DNA of 64,000 nt from Glycera tridactyla (Eukaryota). Every line of letters starts with the position of its first letter. Within the stretch, counting starts at the first letter, position 1. Location of the stretch: the NCBI GenBank assembly GCA_965644265.1, contig OZ286461.1, positions 94,116,001-94,180,000 of the forward strand, read 5' to 3'. A model generated the notes under the pieces. That model did no database searches. It saw nothing but the letters and a program-made list of their open reading frames with translations, and was not told where the DNA came from. Positions 13,301 through 25,532 of this stretch are shown one piece after another. The translations under genes and the position numbers were made by a program.

Positions 13301-15226
13301 TCCTGACACCATTTTTTGGAGGAGGCACTCCTGGGTCTGGTTCTTTGGTCTCAGAAGATACAAATGAATCCATGTGTCGTGATTTGAGCCTAGTTTGTGT
13401 CTATAAACCACTAGTGGTATATGCCTTGGAACCCCCTAGAGTTACTCTCCTCTGTACTACTGTTGTTACTCGCAATCCATTCAATCTTGCACACATCCAC
13501 ACATTCATAATTAGGAATTTCCCACTTTCATTCCATATTCTCTGTTACTTATGTGGCCAAAATTATGCTGAAATTACAGCACGTAGGTCAGACTTTTCAG
13601 ATGATGAATAATCGCTGTGGAAATGTCTTGCATTTCTTATGTACAATCCATATTTTGGATACTTTTATTTGGCCAAAATGTAGGATGTACATCAGAAGTC
13701 CTGCATATCCTCTATATTTATACTCATCATCTTATCTGAGGAGGATATAGAATATTAGACTGGCAGACTGAATTGGGTCAGATTTGGGGGGTGGGTGGGA
13801 GGTCTGTCCAAGAGTGGATGATCAGTTGATGCCCAGCTTCCTTGTTTGGATTTCTGGGATTAACTGTGCTGGATTCTGTGTTTGGATGGATTATCTCTCA
13901 GCTGACTCAGGCAAACATGGCAGTCAAGAATGTCTACATGGAACCCAAGCATGAAAGTAAGACTTAATTCAGCCGAACATTGAGAATATTATCACAGGAT
14001 TGAATCTTGTTGGTGCGGCAGTGATTGACTGATCCTTGAGGGAGGTGTGGTCTACTCGCATCTCATGTGCAGAGAGAACTCACAAAATTCATAATTCTCT
14101 TATTTGATCATGACAATACTCCTGAATATTGCCATAATCACTATTTTCGCCCACCCAGGGTTGGCATCCCTTCATGTGTATTTTCATCCCTGCATGTGTC
14201 TCGGAATCTGTTATGTATCATTGAATTATTCATGAATCAGTAGTATCTTCATCATCTTGACCAATGTTGGCTAAAGTAGCATTTTGTTCGGCATGGACTT
14301 CGATGATAGTGTAGACCCTGAATTTCTTTGATGTCTGCACATCACGACCCTGATCTGGACTGTACTTCCCATTACCAAAGCAAGGGACTCTATATTTCAG
14401 GTGTGTTTTGTCTGTGTTATGGATCTAACCACCTAAATGGCTCACACAATCAGTCCCATGTCATTTAACTTTAGTGTGAGAATGACTTGTAGAGCAGGGT
14501 GAATGGTATAATGGGATCGAGAACTGCTGAAGCAGCTATTACCTTGCATGTTATTCTCCGGGATCGTATTTGGAGCGTAATTTTCATCCTGAACTCATCA
14601 CCATCGATTTTATTCTGAAATGTAGGGCATTATAATGCTACTACTGCGGCTCACACTGACTTGAAAATCAATTTTGCCTTCCCATCTATGGGTCAGTGAT
14701 CACGCTAAGAGTTTTTGTGTGTCTGTCTGGAGGTAGATTGTCCATGAAATTCCGTAATTCCTCTATTAGGCATCCACTAGCAGGCTGCCATTATTTCAGA
14801 ATTAACTTCCTGAAAGTGACTTCAAGATTCTTTGAAATTTTGGCTTTTATGAAGCCCTGGTTTTAGATGATAACTTCTTGCTCTTGATATGGATCAATGG
14901 AGAAGTCCGGCAAATTAGCTATTAGTTATGGTCCTTGACTATCAACTCCATGTTCCAACAAGTAAGATGAAATTTATAATTTCGTCCATTTCTTGAACTT
15001 GGTGGTCTTTGTAGACAGTTTTGACTGTATGTGGATATTTATCTAGGTGAATGAGTACTAACAAAATGTCTGGCTTAGCCTCATCCCATCTAGATGGTTT
15101 CATTATACCATTTGATGCTTAAATCACCAGGTCCCATTCTCTGCCAGGCATTTATAATCTGACATTCTGGTTTCTTCCTCATGTGATTTCCGATCGCATC
15201 CAGTGATACTCAGTGATATTCATGAT

Positions 15227-15623
15227 CAGTGGTGTCACGATTATCGATTATTACCCGATTATCGATCGACCATGTTTGCAAAATAGATAGTCGATTGCAG
15301 GATGTAGAATCGATTTTAATCGGAATACAAAACATGCATGGCACATATATTTCAATGGTGAATGCAGCCTTTTGCATGTAAGAAGTAATTGATTTGATAT
15401 GAAGACAAAAAGCTGCTAGCTTCCCTCCAGCAAAAACTGCCCTTATTCCCTCCAAGTCTGCTTTCTGTACACCCTATCATATGTCATTTTGAAGTAAAAA
15501 CACCATTGGTGGTGCTCGCAAAGGAGAAGATGGTATAAATGCCACAAACCAATTATAATTGATAATTGATCAGTTGGGCCAACCAATTATCGATACTGAA
15601 AAAGTAACCGATTCCCAACACTA
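15227..15623. mobile_element. Non-autonomous hAT-like MITE with 8-bp TSD
   Basis: Ends CAGTGGTG... / ...CCCAACACTA; perfect TSD TTCATGAT at 15219-15226 and 15624-15631; ATCGAT repeats near both ends; second copy at 20079-20459. Confidence 0.85.
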
Positions 15624-16444
15624 TTCATGATTGATAACTGCAAATATGTGACATGTAGACAGGTCATGTCTATCAACATAATCATATATATTGTCAAAAT
15701 ATATCATTATACTGAATCTTCTTTATAAAATGCACAGTTGACTAAATGCACAGCTGAGGAGATGGAATGAACTGATCCAATTCTATTCTGTGGTCAGCTC
15801 TTGGTTTCTTATAAGCTGGAACCATGCCTCAGCGATGCTGGTGGCCCAAGTGGAATCATATAAATGTCATGTATTCCAAGTCTGAAAAACTTTGTTTTTG
15901 TTCCGCCTAGCATTAGAAGAGAATTTTTTTTTAGATGTACAAGGATGTATTGGAGATTATCAATAATAAAGGGTCTGCAGCCAGCTGTGGAGTTTTTCCC
16001 TTCCACACATCCAGTAGATGAATTTTTCAATGTTTGTCCAAATTCTATGCCACTGGATCAGTCCGAAAACTCAGGAAATATGGGGAAGTGTCCAATTTCA
16101 ACTTTTGCACACCTAAGGCAGTCTGGATAGACAGCCATGTGTCAAGTCAAATTTCAGCCACTTGATTTAAAATTTGCAATTGACACATTGATGCCTTCCC
16201 AAGATTGATCAGCTAGCCTGAACATTTCTATTCACTTTTTCCTGTGTTACCAGTTCCGTGAATAGCAACATCACGTTTTTGCAATTTTTGTTTGTCGATC
16301 TGTCAAGTTAGGTGTGAATGTTTTGAAAACTCAGTGAATCTTTGCCCAAATTTCAGTTGAAGGAGGCCATACATTCAGAGATGTGACATGAGCATTTTTC
16401 ATGAAACTTCCTTGATATTCAATGTTTTAATTCTCTGTTTTCAG

Positions 16445-16510
16445 CATTAAAGCGGAAGTTAATGTTACGGAGATCAGTAACGGAGTTGGTTGATGCCGGC
16501 ATTTACCCAC
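16445..16510 (+). CDS. MRTF: MRTF exon B (RPEL1: LKRKLMLRRSVTELVDAGIYP)
   Basis: Acceptor ttctctgttttcag, donor GTAAGT at 16511; 66 nt, phase 1-1; matches the RPEL1 pattern LxxRRxxxELVxxGIxPPLK. Confidence 0.93.
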
Positions 16511-16802
16511 GTAAGTTAACAACTTTTGTATTCATCCACAGTACCCTTTGTAATTTCCACTTTATAGCTCCCTCATTATTGCTCATATAGTGAATCAAAA
16601 GTCTGGGTGAACAGTGAAAGTTTTCTATTGAAGGAGAATTTTCATCAGGTTCCTGGAATTTGTCCATTTGTGGTCAGTTTAGTTTAGATCTTGGCTGAGC
16701 TCTGTGTCGAGGTAGTTATGGTTGCTACAATCACCATAGATTTATTGAGGAAAATGGTCGTATTTGAAGCTTGTCAGAGAGACATTATGTGAAAGCCATA
16801 TG

Positions 16803-17462
16803 CAGTGTGTAAAATTAACTCATTTCATTCACTGGCCCATTGGGCCAGTGAATTGGTGGGATTCACTGGCCCGCACCTGATTTCACTGGCCCGCAAATTT
16901 ATTTTGACTTTAATAGCGGATAATATCGCCATAAATGGTATTTTTCTCGCGATACGAAATCCCGCATGTATTCACGCAACGCGAGATGTGAACGAGAACT
17001 GTCTTGGTTTTTAGCATGATCGCCATTTGCATCAATTTATCCGGCCAAAATATATCAAATAACCGATATTAATTTGAAATACGTGTGCGGCGTGAAAGAT
17101 TAATGTCTTCACTGCTCGAAATATCGTATGAAACTCACCGATGGCCATTATTTTGATGTATTTATGTCGATTCTTCTGATGATAGTTTCTCCATTGAGAA
17201 ACGCTTTCATGCAGACGAAATCTCGTCTAGACGTGACTGGTGGCGAGAAATAAACATCCAAGATGGATGCCGTGGTTTTCCCCAGAAATCATTGACATTT
17301 TCGTCGTTTCTCACACGATTGTTCGATAAAATGAAGGTTTCCGGGTATTTATCGCGATTTTTTTTCACCGGCCCGGCGGAACGATGATTCAGGAATGTTC
17401 ACCGGCCCGCTCGAAGATTCACCGGCCTCGGGCCGCCGGGCCGGTGTTAATTTCACACGCTG
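16803..17462. mobile_element. Non-autonomous TIR element (CAG termini) flanked by CATATG
   Basis: TIR CAGTGTGTAAAATTAAC / GTTAATTTCACACGCTG (15/17); CATATG on both sides; subterminal CAC(T/C)GGCCC repeats; CpG-rich. Confidence 0.8.
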
Positions 17463-19938
17463 CATATGCTTTTCAGTCATCATCAATTCTTGAGGTGAAT
17501 AAGGTGATGGATTTCCTAGAAACTGAAAATTGAGAGACACTGTTAGCAATTGATTTTGCAGTTCACTGACAGTGAGTTAGCAGAATCGCTCAAGACTCAG
17601 TCAAGACTATCATGACTTATCATGATCTCATAGTTAGAATCCCTGTGGGAAGTTTCTTTTTCGAAGTATTAATCTTTGAGAAGTTGAAAACGGAAGATTC
17701 TGTAGTGGAGTTTCAGTTGTGTAGAGATAATCTTCAGAGGTAAGCATTCCCAAGTGCAGGGTTCACCTGTTGCTCAGGTGGAATAAATTCAATCTGACGG
17801 GTGAAGTTAGGGTTGCAGGCATCCCTCCTGTAACAGAACCAGTGCTCATGGGGCTGGAGCGGGAGGAAGTACATTATGGGGTCTGCTTTCCATATAGATT
17901 ATCGGAAAAACCTGTGTGTGAGATATATAAAGGTGAGTAGTAATGAGGTTGGCTAGACGGCAAGCGTTCATCACAGCCTAGCCACGATGATAGCTTCTGC
18001 AGTGGGGTAAAAAACAAACCACATTCATCCGAAACCCCTGGCAAAAAACCACTACCGCCTCGCCTCACCTTGAAATCCTTTGAGTTATTTTCACCATTGC
18101 TGCTCCGTGTGATGAATGGTGGTGTCAAAGGGTTGTTATCCCCTTATAGATAAGTGACAGTTGGAATTTTCAACATTCCCTCTGTATTTCACTGTTCTGT
18201 AGCCCATGATATGAGGGAAATTATGGGAATTCCAAGCACTGGTAGTGTAACCAACCCTGTATCTTATTTTGTCATGTAAGCCAACTCGGAAGTCAGATGT
18301 TCAATTTGGATAGGTTCTTTTGATCAGAATGCAAGTCAAACACAGAATAAGTTCATTATTGCATGAGGCTTGTTCTCCCAGTCTGCAGCAGATGGACTCT
18401 GCAATCAATTGTCATGTCAAATTCACAAAAATAAGGATTAGTGTCTTGTCGTAACAGCATGAAATTGTGTGATGAGAAATGAGCCGAGTTGTGTGTGGGT
18501 AGATTCATTGCCATAATTGACGGGAACATTTGGGGGATATAAGGTATCTTTCTGGAGAGATTGATGCTGGTAACAGCTTTGTCGAGAATTTTTGTCCCTA
18601 TTTTGAATATTTGTTATCAGCAATGGCAAGGTTTTTATTGCACGATTCTTGTTCGACTGTCAGCATGATACATTCATGCTGTGGCTTCTACCAACATACT
18701 CATCGATCTGAAAGTGAGTGGATAAGAATGCACTCTCCTACATGGGCTAGATCAATGGAGCCATATACCAGAGATGTGGGTTTAAACCCATTAAAGAACC
18801 CAAATAGTTTCAGGCATCTGATTTTCTATATCAAGGATCTCATAAAGGCAATCAAGGGCGATGATACCCCAGACGCAACGACAGGGTTGCACTTGAACCA
18901 TATCTAGAAAAACCCATTTCGAGATATTTTCTTCCCCTCCCCCATTCGGGGATCCCTATGCAACTATGCTGTAGGGCTCGACACTGAGGCTTTCAGATAA
19001 CTAGCCCATTTGGGCAAATGCATTTTGTGATAATTCACTCCCCTGAATATGTATTTCACTTGCCGTGGGCTATTGATGAACCTAACATCAAGCCCTGATG
19101 GGTAGATAGGGCATTTTATTGAGTTTTGGTCCCATTTTGAGGGTCGCATCTAAAGTGGTCTTTGGGCATGCACAGGTCTTGAATAGCATGTCACCTTTTC
19201 AGGGCATCTAGGGTCGTTGATTCTCCCTAAATCACCAAGGTAGATATATCTTTTGGTCACTTAGTGTGCTATTCCATCACCGGGATGTGTGTATTGTTAA
19301 TGGAATCTAGAGGCAGGAGAAAGATCATAATTTGGAAATTTCTCACGAGGATCAAAAGTGAGTGTTGAAGTCAGAAGTTCATTTGTACATTTCAGATAGA
19401 TGGAATGAATGTGGATACTCCAGCTTCCTGCAATGATGGCATTTGAGACAAATTATAGGGCATTTGATTAAGATTGGTTGTTTTTTTTATGATGCATCAG
19501 CACCACATGGGCTTTATTGAGACACCCATGTGATGGGCCTGGGTAGGATCATTCAATAATCCTGTTTCTGGGTCTCTGGCAGAAAGTGAAATGTTATGAT
19601 ATAACACTCAATGTGTCATACCTGGGAGAAAATAAGTCCCAACTGAGATTTGATAGAGCCTGAAGCATTCTTCAGGTGAAAGGACTATGATGACTGTATT
19701 GTGGTTATGTGTTGTGAGGGGTGGGGGCAATGGAGGTGTGGTAAGAGGTATTTGGCACATGGCTGTTGACGGAACATCAGCCGGAAGGCTGGCCAGCTCA
19801 GCTGCTGGGTTGTGAGACACCTCACTGCCAGCGGTCGACAACAACTCCCCGCCTTGTGTTTCTTACACCGCCAACAAAAATTATTTGGCTGGCAAACAAA
19901 AATGTGCAGGAAGGGGAAGTCCAGTAGGCAATAGATGA

Positions 19939-20078
19939 NNNNNNNNNNNNNNNNNNNNNNNNNNNNNNNNNNNNNNNNNNNNNNNNNNNNNNNNNNNNNN
20001 NNNNNNNNNNNNNNNNNNNNNNNNNNNNNNNNNNNNNNNNNNNNNNNNNNNNNNNNNNNNNNNNNNNNNNNNNNNNNN
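19939..20078. other. Assembly gap (140 N)
   Basis: Run of N. Confidence 1.
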
Positions 20079-20459
20079 CGACTAATACCCGATTATCGAT
20101 TGATCTTGTTTGCAAAATAGATAATCGATTGCAGAATGTAGAATCGATTTTAATCGCAACACAGAACATGCATGGCACATAAATATTTCAATGGTGAATG
20201 CAGCCTTTTGCATGTAGGAAATGATGGAATTAATGTGAAGACGAAAAGCTGCCAGCCTCCCTCCAGCAAAAACTGACCTTTTTCCCTCCAAGACTGCTTT
20301 CTGTACACCCATTCATATGTCATTTTGAAGTAAAAACACCATTGGTGGTGCTTGCAAGGGAGAAGATGGTACCAATGCCACAAACCAATTATAATCGATA
20401 ATCGATCGGTTGCGCCAACCAATTATCGATTCTGAAAAAGTAAACGATTCCCAACACTA
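20079..20459. mobile_element. Second copy of the 15227-15623 hAT-like MITE (left end in the gap)
   Basis: Collinear, same orientation and highly similar to 15245-15623; ends CGATTCCCAACACTA. Confidence 0.85.
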
Positions 20460-20849
20460 GTGTGCATGGGTGTGTGTGTGTGTGTGTGTGTGTTTAGTGG
20501 GTTCAACCATGGTTTTAACCCAAGATGAAACCCTGAAAAAGGGGCTTCAGTATTTGACACATTTGATGGACCTGTTACCCAAACATCATATCACCGACAT
20601 GAATGTAAAAAAGGAAAGCATGTGTACATGCTGGGTCTACGCTTTTCAATTTGTTTCTCCGTGCCACTGGAATCCTTCTCTCTTGAAAATAATGTATCCC
20701 TCAATGTTGAATCACCTGGGATGTACCATTGTCATTGTCATGAGGCTGGTCTTGACAGCTGAGGGACAAAGGCTGGCAGTTCACACACACCTCTACCTTC
20801 ATCAGATACACTGATGGTACACTCAGTGTTGGCTTTGAGGTATGGTTGA

Positions 20850-21040
20850 GGCGAGACATTTGTCTCGCTACTATCCAAATTGTGAGACAATTTACACAAA
20901 TATGAAACAAATGTTATAAGTGTTTGCTCTGAGGTGTGACTGAAATGAGACATTTGTCTCACCCCTTTTCAAAATCTGAGACATTGCACTCAAATGTGAG
21001 ACAAATGTCTCACAATCCCCCCAGATATCCAACACTGTAT
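20850..21040. repeat. Dispersed repeat with GAGACATTTGTCTC palindromes
   Basis: Homologous block at 30540-30640 (GAGACAAATGTCTCACAATC...GATATCCAACACTG); more distant copies around 37615-37980. Confidence 0.6.
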
Positions 21041-21409
21041 GCTGCTCCCAGAAAGTGTGAGGTACTTGAAACGGCAAAATGGATCAGGTTCTGGAAATAC
21101 TGGGAGCAACTGTTACATGTTGGGACACCCTGGGACAGTTGTCCCGCTGGTAGCTGCTGGCTGTACACCTGCTTTACTGTTGACTTGGGTAAAGATACAT
21201 TCAAACAATGCTACTCTAAATATTTAATGTTTCTCTGTGAATGATTGATGTTTGTTAATCCACCGAGTGAGTGGCTGGGACTCACAGCTGTTGCATGCAC
21301 CGCTCTGATCACAAGTGTGGTGTCAGGTTGACCTCAAGTGTTTTCAAATCCCACAATGCTGTTGTTGTACTCTTCTGTGCCATGCTGAAGAGAAAGACAT
21401 TTGTTGCAT

Positions 21410-21570
21410 CTCTGCTTCCTTCTCTTTCTCCCATCTCTCTCCTCCTTTCTTCCTGTCTCTGTCTATCTATCTGCCCCCCCCCCCCCCCTCTCTCTCTTTC
21501 CCTCCCTCCTGCCCTCCCTTTCTCCCTCCGTCCCTCCCTCCCTCTCTCTCCGTCCCTCCCTCCCTCCAAC
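21410..21570. repeat. Homopyrimidine (CT/CCCT) low-complexity tract including C15
   Basis: About 160 bp of almost only C/T on the + strand. Confidence 0.9.
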
Positions 21571-21629
21571 CTTGTGGAGAGGTGATTTACTTTAGAAAAT
21601 ACTCAGTCACTTGAGCAGGTTTGACTCCA

Positions 21630-22078
21630 TGTATTCCAACCCTGATATGCACACAAACCACCTCCCTTGAATAATGTATTCCAACCCTGATATGCGCACA
21701 AACCACCTTCCTTGAATAATGTATTCCAACCCTGATATGCGCACAAACCACCTTCCTTGAATAATGTATTCCAACCCTGATATGCGCACAAACCACCTTC
21801 CTTGAATAATGTATTCCAACTCTAATATGCGCACAAACCACCTTCCTTGAATAATGTATTTCAACCTTGATATGCACACAAACCACCTTCCTTGAATAAT
21901 GTATCCCAAGCCTGATATGCGCACAAACCACCTTCCTTGAATAATGTATTCCAACTCTAATATGCGCACAAACCACCTTCCTTGAATAATGTATTTCAAC
22001 CTTGATATGCGCACAAACCACCTTCCTTGAATAATGTATTCCAACCCCAATATGCGCACAAACCACCTTCCTTGAATA
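21630..22078. repeat. Minisatellite, 45-bp unit x10
   Basis: Unit TGTATTCCAACCCTGATATGCGCACAAACCACCTTCCTTGAATAA; GTATT recurs at 21631, 21676, 21721 ... 22036. Confidence 0.97.
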
Positions 22079-23207
22079 CAACATGACTTCCGCATCTATC
22101 CCAAGCAGTCAATGAAAGGTATACAACAAGAGGCAGTGAGGGAGATCACAGCAATATATTTGTGTCATGGAGCAACAGCTTGTTTGTACAGATCATCGGC
22201 AATAATAGCTTTATATTGTTTGTGATGGTAGGTGGTGGATATTCTGAGGCTACTATCTCCAGGAAGGTCAGACTGAAATGTAAAATAGAGGCAATGTCTG
22301 GTCGCAGACTGCTATTCACCCAAACACTATGCAGCATGTATCTGCAGTATTCATCCATAATTTTGAAAACATTTCTTTAGCATGAAATATTCAGAACGGA
22401 TGGATCCTCAGTATTGTCTTCATTCATGTTTGTTTCGCGACATCATGAGTTATTTTCGTGATAATCACATGTTTATGTCGATGCTCAAAGGGTGAAATTT
22501 CGGATGACGATGGTGGTTACCTGCCTGCTTAGCTGTGGCCCTCCCCCACAACCATCCACTTTATTGACAGCCTAACATAAATAGATGAGTTTGGGGCTTT
22601 TACCCTTTGTTATTGTGTGCCTCACCCATTTTAAGTGATTCCCCATGTCCGTGGTGTGTAGCGATGTTCTGCTCGTGTGTCTAGCAGTTGGAGGTCTAGC
22701 ACTTAGGGTGTCAGTGCTCTGCACAGTGTCAAATGCTGTCTCGACTTTTTTCTTATGAGCAAGTGCATTCGTGTGCTCTTTCATTTCTGTCAACACCCAT
22801 TTTTGTTTGTCTGCATAATTGCTTCAGTTGGTAAATAGTGCCCACCAAGTACATTCTCCGTAACAGTCTAGCAACAGTCCAGCTAGGATGGAGGTTGAAG
22901 AATTTGCCAGCTTGGCATGGTTCAAGCTTTTTAAAAGCATCTTCATTAACCCTTTATGCTTGTAGGTTTACACTTGCCTTCTACCCCATTACCTCAAATT
23001 TGATAAAATACTTGGAGATGTATCATCCGTCATGTGGAATCTTGCATCCTGACATAGTTCATGCATTGCCATGAGCTCACATCTATTCCTATATTTTTTG
23101 GACTCTTACTTGCCACACCAAGCCCATCCTCATCTAGTCACATTTATCTACAAATCTTCACAATTTTTTCAGAAATATTGGTCTCCCACCATTCACATAT
23201 CATCATC

Positions 23208-24530
23208 GACATTAGTCTGCCAACCTTCACATTTCAATGTAGACATTGGCTTCCCACGCTTCACATTTCAACATGGACATTGGCCTCCCCGCCCTTCACA
23301 TTTCAACATGGACATTGGCCTCCCTACCCTTCACATTTCAACATGGACATTGGCCTCCACGCACTTCACATTTCAACATGGACATTGGCCTCCCCGCCCT
23401 TCACATTTCAACATGGACATTGGCCTCCCCACCCTTCACATTTCCCCATTGACATTGGCCTCCCCACCCTTCACATTTCAACATGGACATTGGCCTCCCC
23501 GCCCTTCACATTTCAGCATAGACATTGGCTCCCCACCCTTCACATTTCCCCATTGACATTGGCTTCACAGCCTTCACATTTCACCATAGTCTTTGGCTGC
23601 CCCCTTTCACATTTCTCCATTGACATTGGCTTCACAGCCTTCACATTTCCCCTTAGACATTGGCTCCCCACCTTTCACATTTCACCATTGACATTGGCTT
23701 CACAGCCTTCACATTTCCCCTTAGACATTGGCTCCCCACCTTTCACATCTCCCCATTGACATTGGCTTCTCACTCTTCACATTTCACCATAGTCATTGGC
23801 ATCCCACCCTTAACATTTCAGTATGGACGTTGGCTTCCCACCCTTCACATGTCACGATAGACATTACATTTCACCATGGACATTGGCCTCCCGACCCTTC
23901 ACATTTCACCATGGACATTGGCTTCCCACCCTTCACATTCCAGCATAGATGTTGGCCTCCCCAACCTTCACATTTCAGCATAGACATTGGCCTACCCACC
24001 CTTCACATTTCACCATGGACATTGGCTCCCCACCCTTCACATTTCAGCACAGACATTGGCCTCCCCACCCTTCACATTTCACCATGGGCATTGGCTCCCC
24101 ACCCTTCACATTTCAGCACAGACATTGGCCTACCCACCCTTCACATTTCAAGATGGACATTGGCTTCCCCACCCTTCACATTCCAGCATAGACATTGGCT
24201 CCCCACCCTTCACATTTCACCATGGGCATTGGCTCCCCACCCTTCACATTTCAGCATAGACATTGGCTCCCCACCCTTCACATTTCAGCACAGACATTGG
24301 CCTACCCACCCTTCACATTTCAAGATGGACATTGGTTCCCCACCCTCCACATTTTAAGATGGACATTGGCTCCCCACCCTTCACATTTCAACATGGACAT
24401 TGGCCTCCCCACCCTTCACATTTCAACATGGACATTGGCTCCCCACCCTTCACATTTCACTATGGACATAGGTCTCCTTATGCTTCACATTTCTCTAGAT
24501 ACATGGTCCTCACCATTCTGCACATTTCAC
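23208..24530. repeat. Minisatellite, 34-35-bp unit, ~38 copies
   Basis: Unit GACATTGGCCTCCCCACCCTTCACATTTCAACATG; GACATT recurs at 23242, 23276, 23311, 23346, 23381... Confidence 0.97.
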
Positions 24531-24679
24531 CAGCATCATTGATTATTCTATGCTCAACGCTTCACGAAATACAGTCTTCTTATGCTGAAAAGTTCACCAA
24601 TCACAAATGAACTTTCAGTCTAATCCTCAATTGCATCAGTAGGATACTGTGCACTGGATGACCTGCCCACTTTAGATTT

Positions 24680-25110
24680 TAGTCATTTGGACTGATACTC
24701 TGCGTCTAAGGAAGTTTTGTGATTTCTGTGAGATAATGATATTCGAGCTTGGGATACTTGCCCAATGCTAAAACTTGATGATTGGGTTTCTGAATAGTTT
24801 GCTATGTTCCCCTTCCAGACATGTGTCGGCAATTTTTCCCAAGACCTATCACAGTGGCAGCAAATCAGAATATGATGTACGACTAGCACTTGGCTGTAGA
24901 GCATTCACAACTTTTTGAACCTTGTTGAAGAACTTTTTTGAAGAGGCTAGATGGTTGTTAGTGTGCGCTGTGGAGAATATCTTGGCCAAGAGTTTGGCAT
25001 GTAGTGAATGGTACTTGAAGTTGCCCAGAAAACATCTCACAAGTGTTGCAGGAGACATTGGCACTTGCAACAACTCAGCGGTGGTCTCGTCCGTTTCAGC
25101 AAGATCCAAA
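24680..25110 (-). pseudogene. Possible decayed hAT transposase fragment
   Basis: Minus-strand peptides ...HLASSKKFFNKVQKVVNALQPSASR and CHCDRSW resemble the hAT region between CxxH and TRW; no long ORF. Confidence 0.3.
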
Positions 25111-25372
25111 GATGCTCTGAATTTTCTCTCCCCCTCCAGTTTAATGTAGTTTCATGAAACCCGGACCTTCTTATCTTGTTTTGAGGTAACTACGCCTACC
25201 ACGAGAGACTCTGGAGTGAGGTATGACACCTGGTGATGAGAGACCACCTATCTGGAACTCCTGCCCGAGATGACATAGTCAAATATACCTGCCTAGTATG
25301 TTAAATAAACACCCCATATGTATCTTGCAGCAGACATCACATTAAGAACTCCTAGCACTGGTGCATGATGTA

Positions 25373-25532
25373 CAGTTGAACCTCTCTATAAAAACCGCTT
25401 TTGGTCACATGAAATAGGTGGCCTTTATAGGGAGGTGGTATTTATAGAGGTCATTTACTATTGAAAATACTAACATGGTCGCAACTCGCGGTGGCCTTTA
25501 TAGAGAGGTGGTCTTTAGAGTAGGTTTGGCTG
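25373..25532 (-). mobile_element. TA-TSD MITE family A, inverted copy
   Basis: TA|CAGTTGAACCTC...GGTTTGGCTG|TA; its reverse complement aligns with 8368-8544. Confidence 0.85.

Noticed and set aside
13866-13898. VLDSVFGWIIS, resembling a BEL/Pao protease-adjacent motif
   Set aside because: Single motif with no other BEL motifs confirmed nearby.
21587-22095. Long repetitive ORFs and a CRISPR-like appearance
   Set aside because: Head-to-tail minisatellite with no unique spacers, in a eukaryotic intron; the ORFs follow from the 45-bp period.
23061-24610. Multiple His/Pro-rich ORFs up to 232 aa
   Set aside because: Translations of the 34-35-bp minisatellite in all frames; no splice or domain support.
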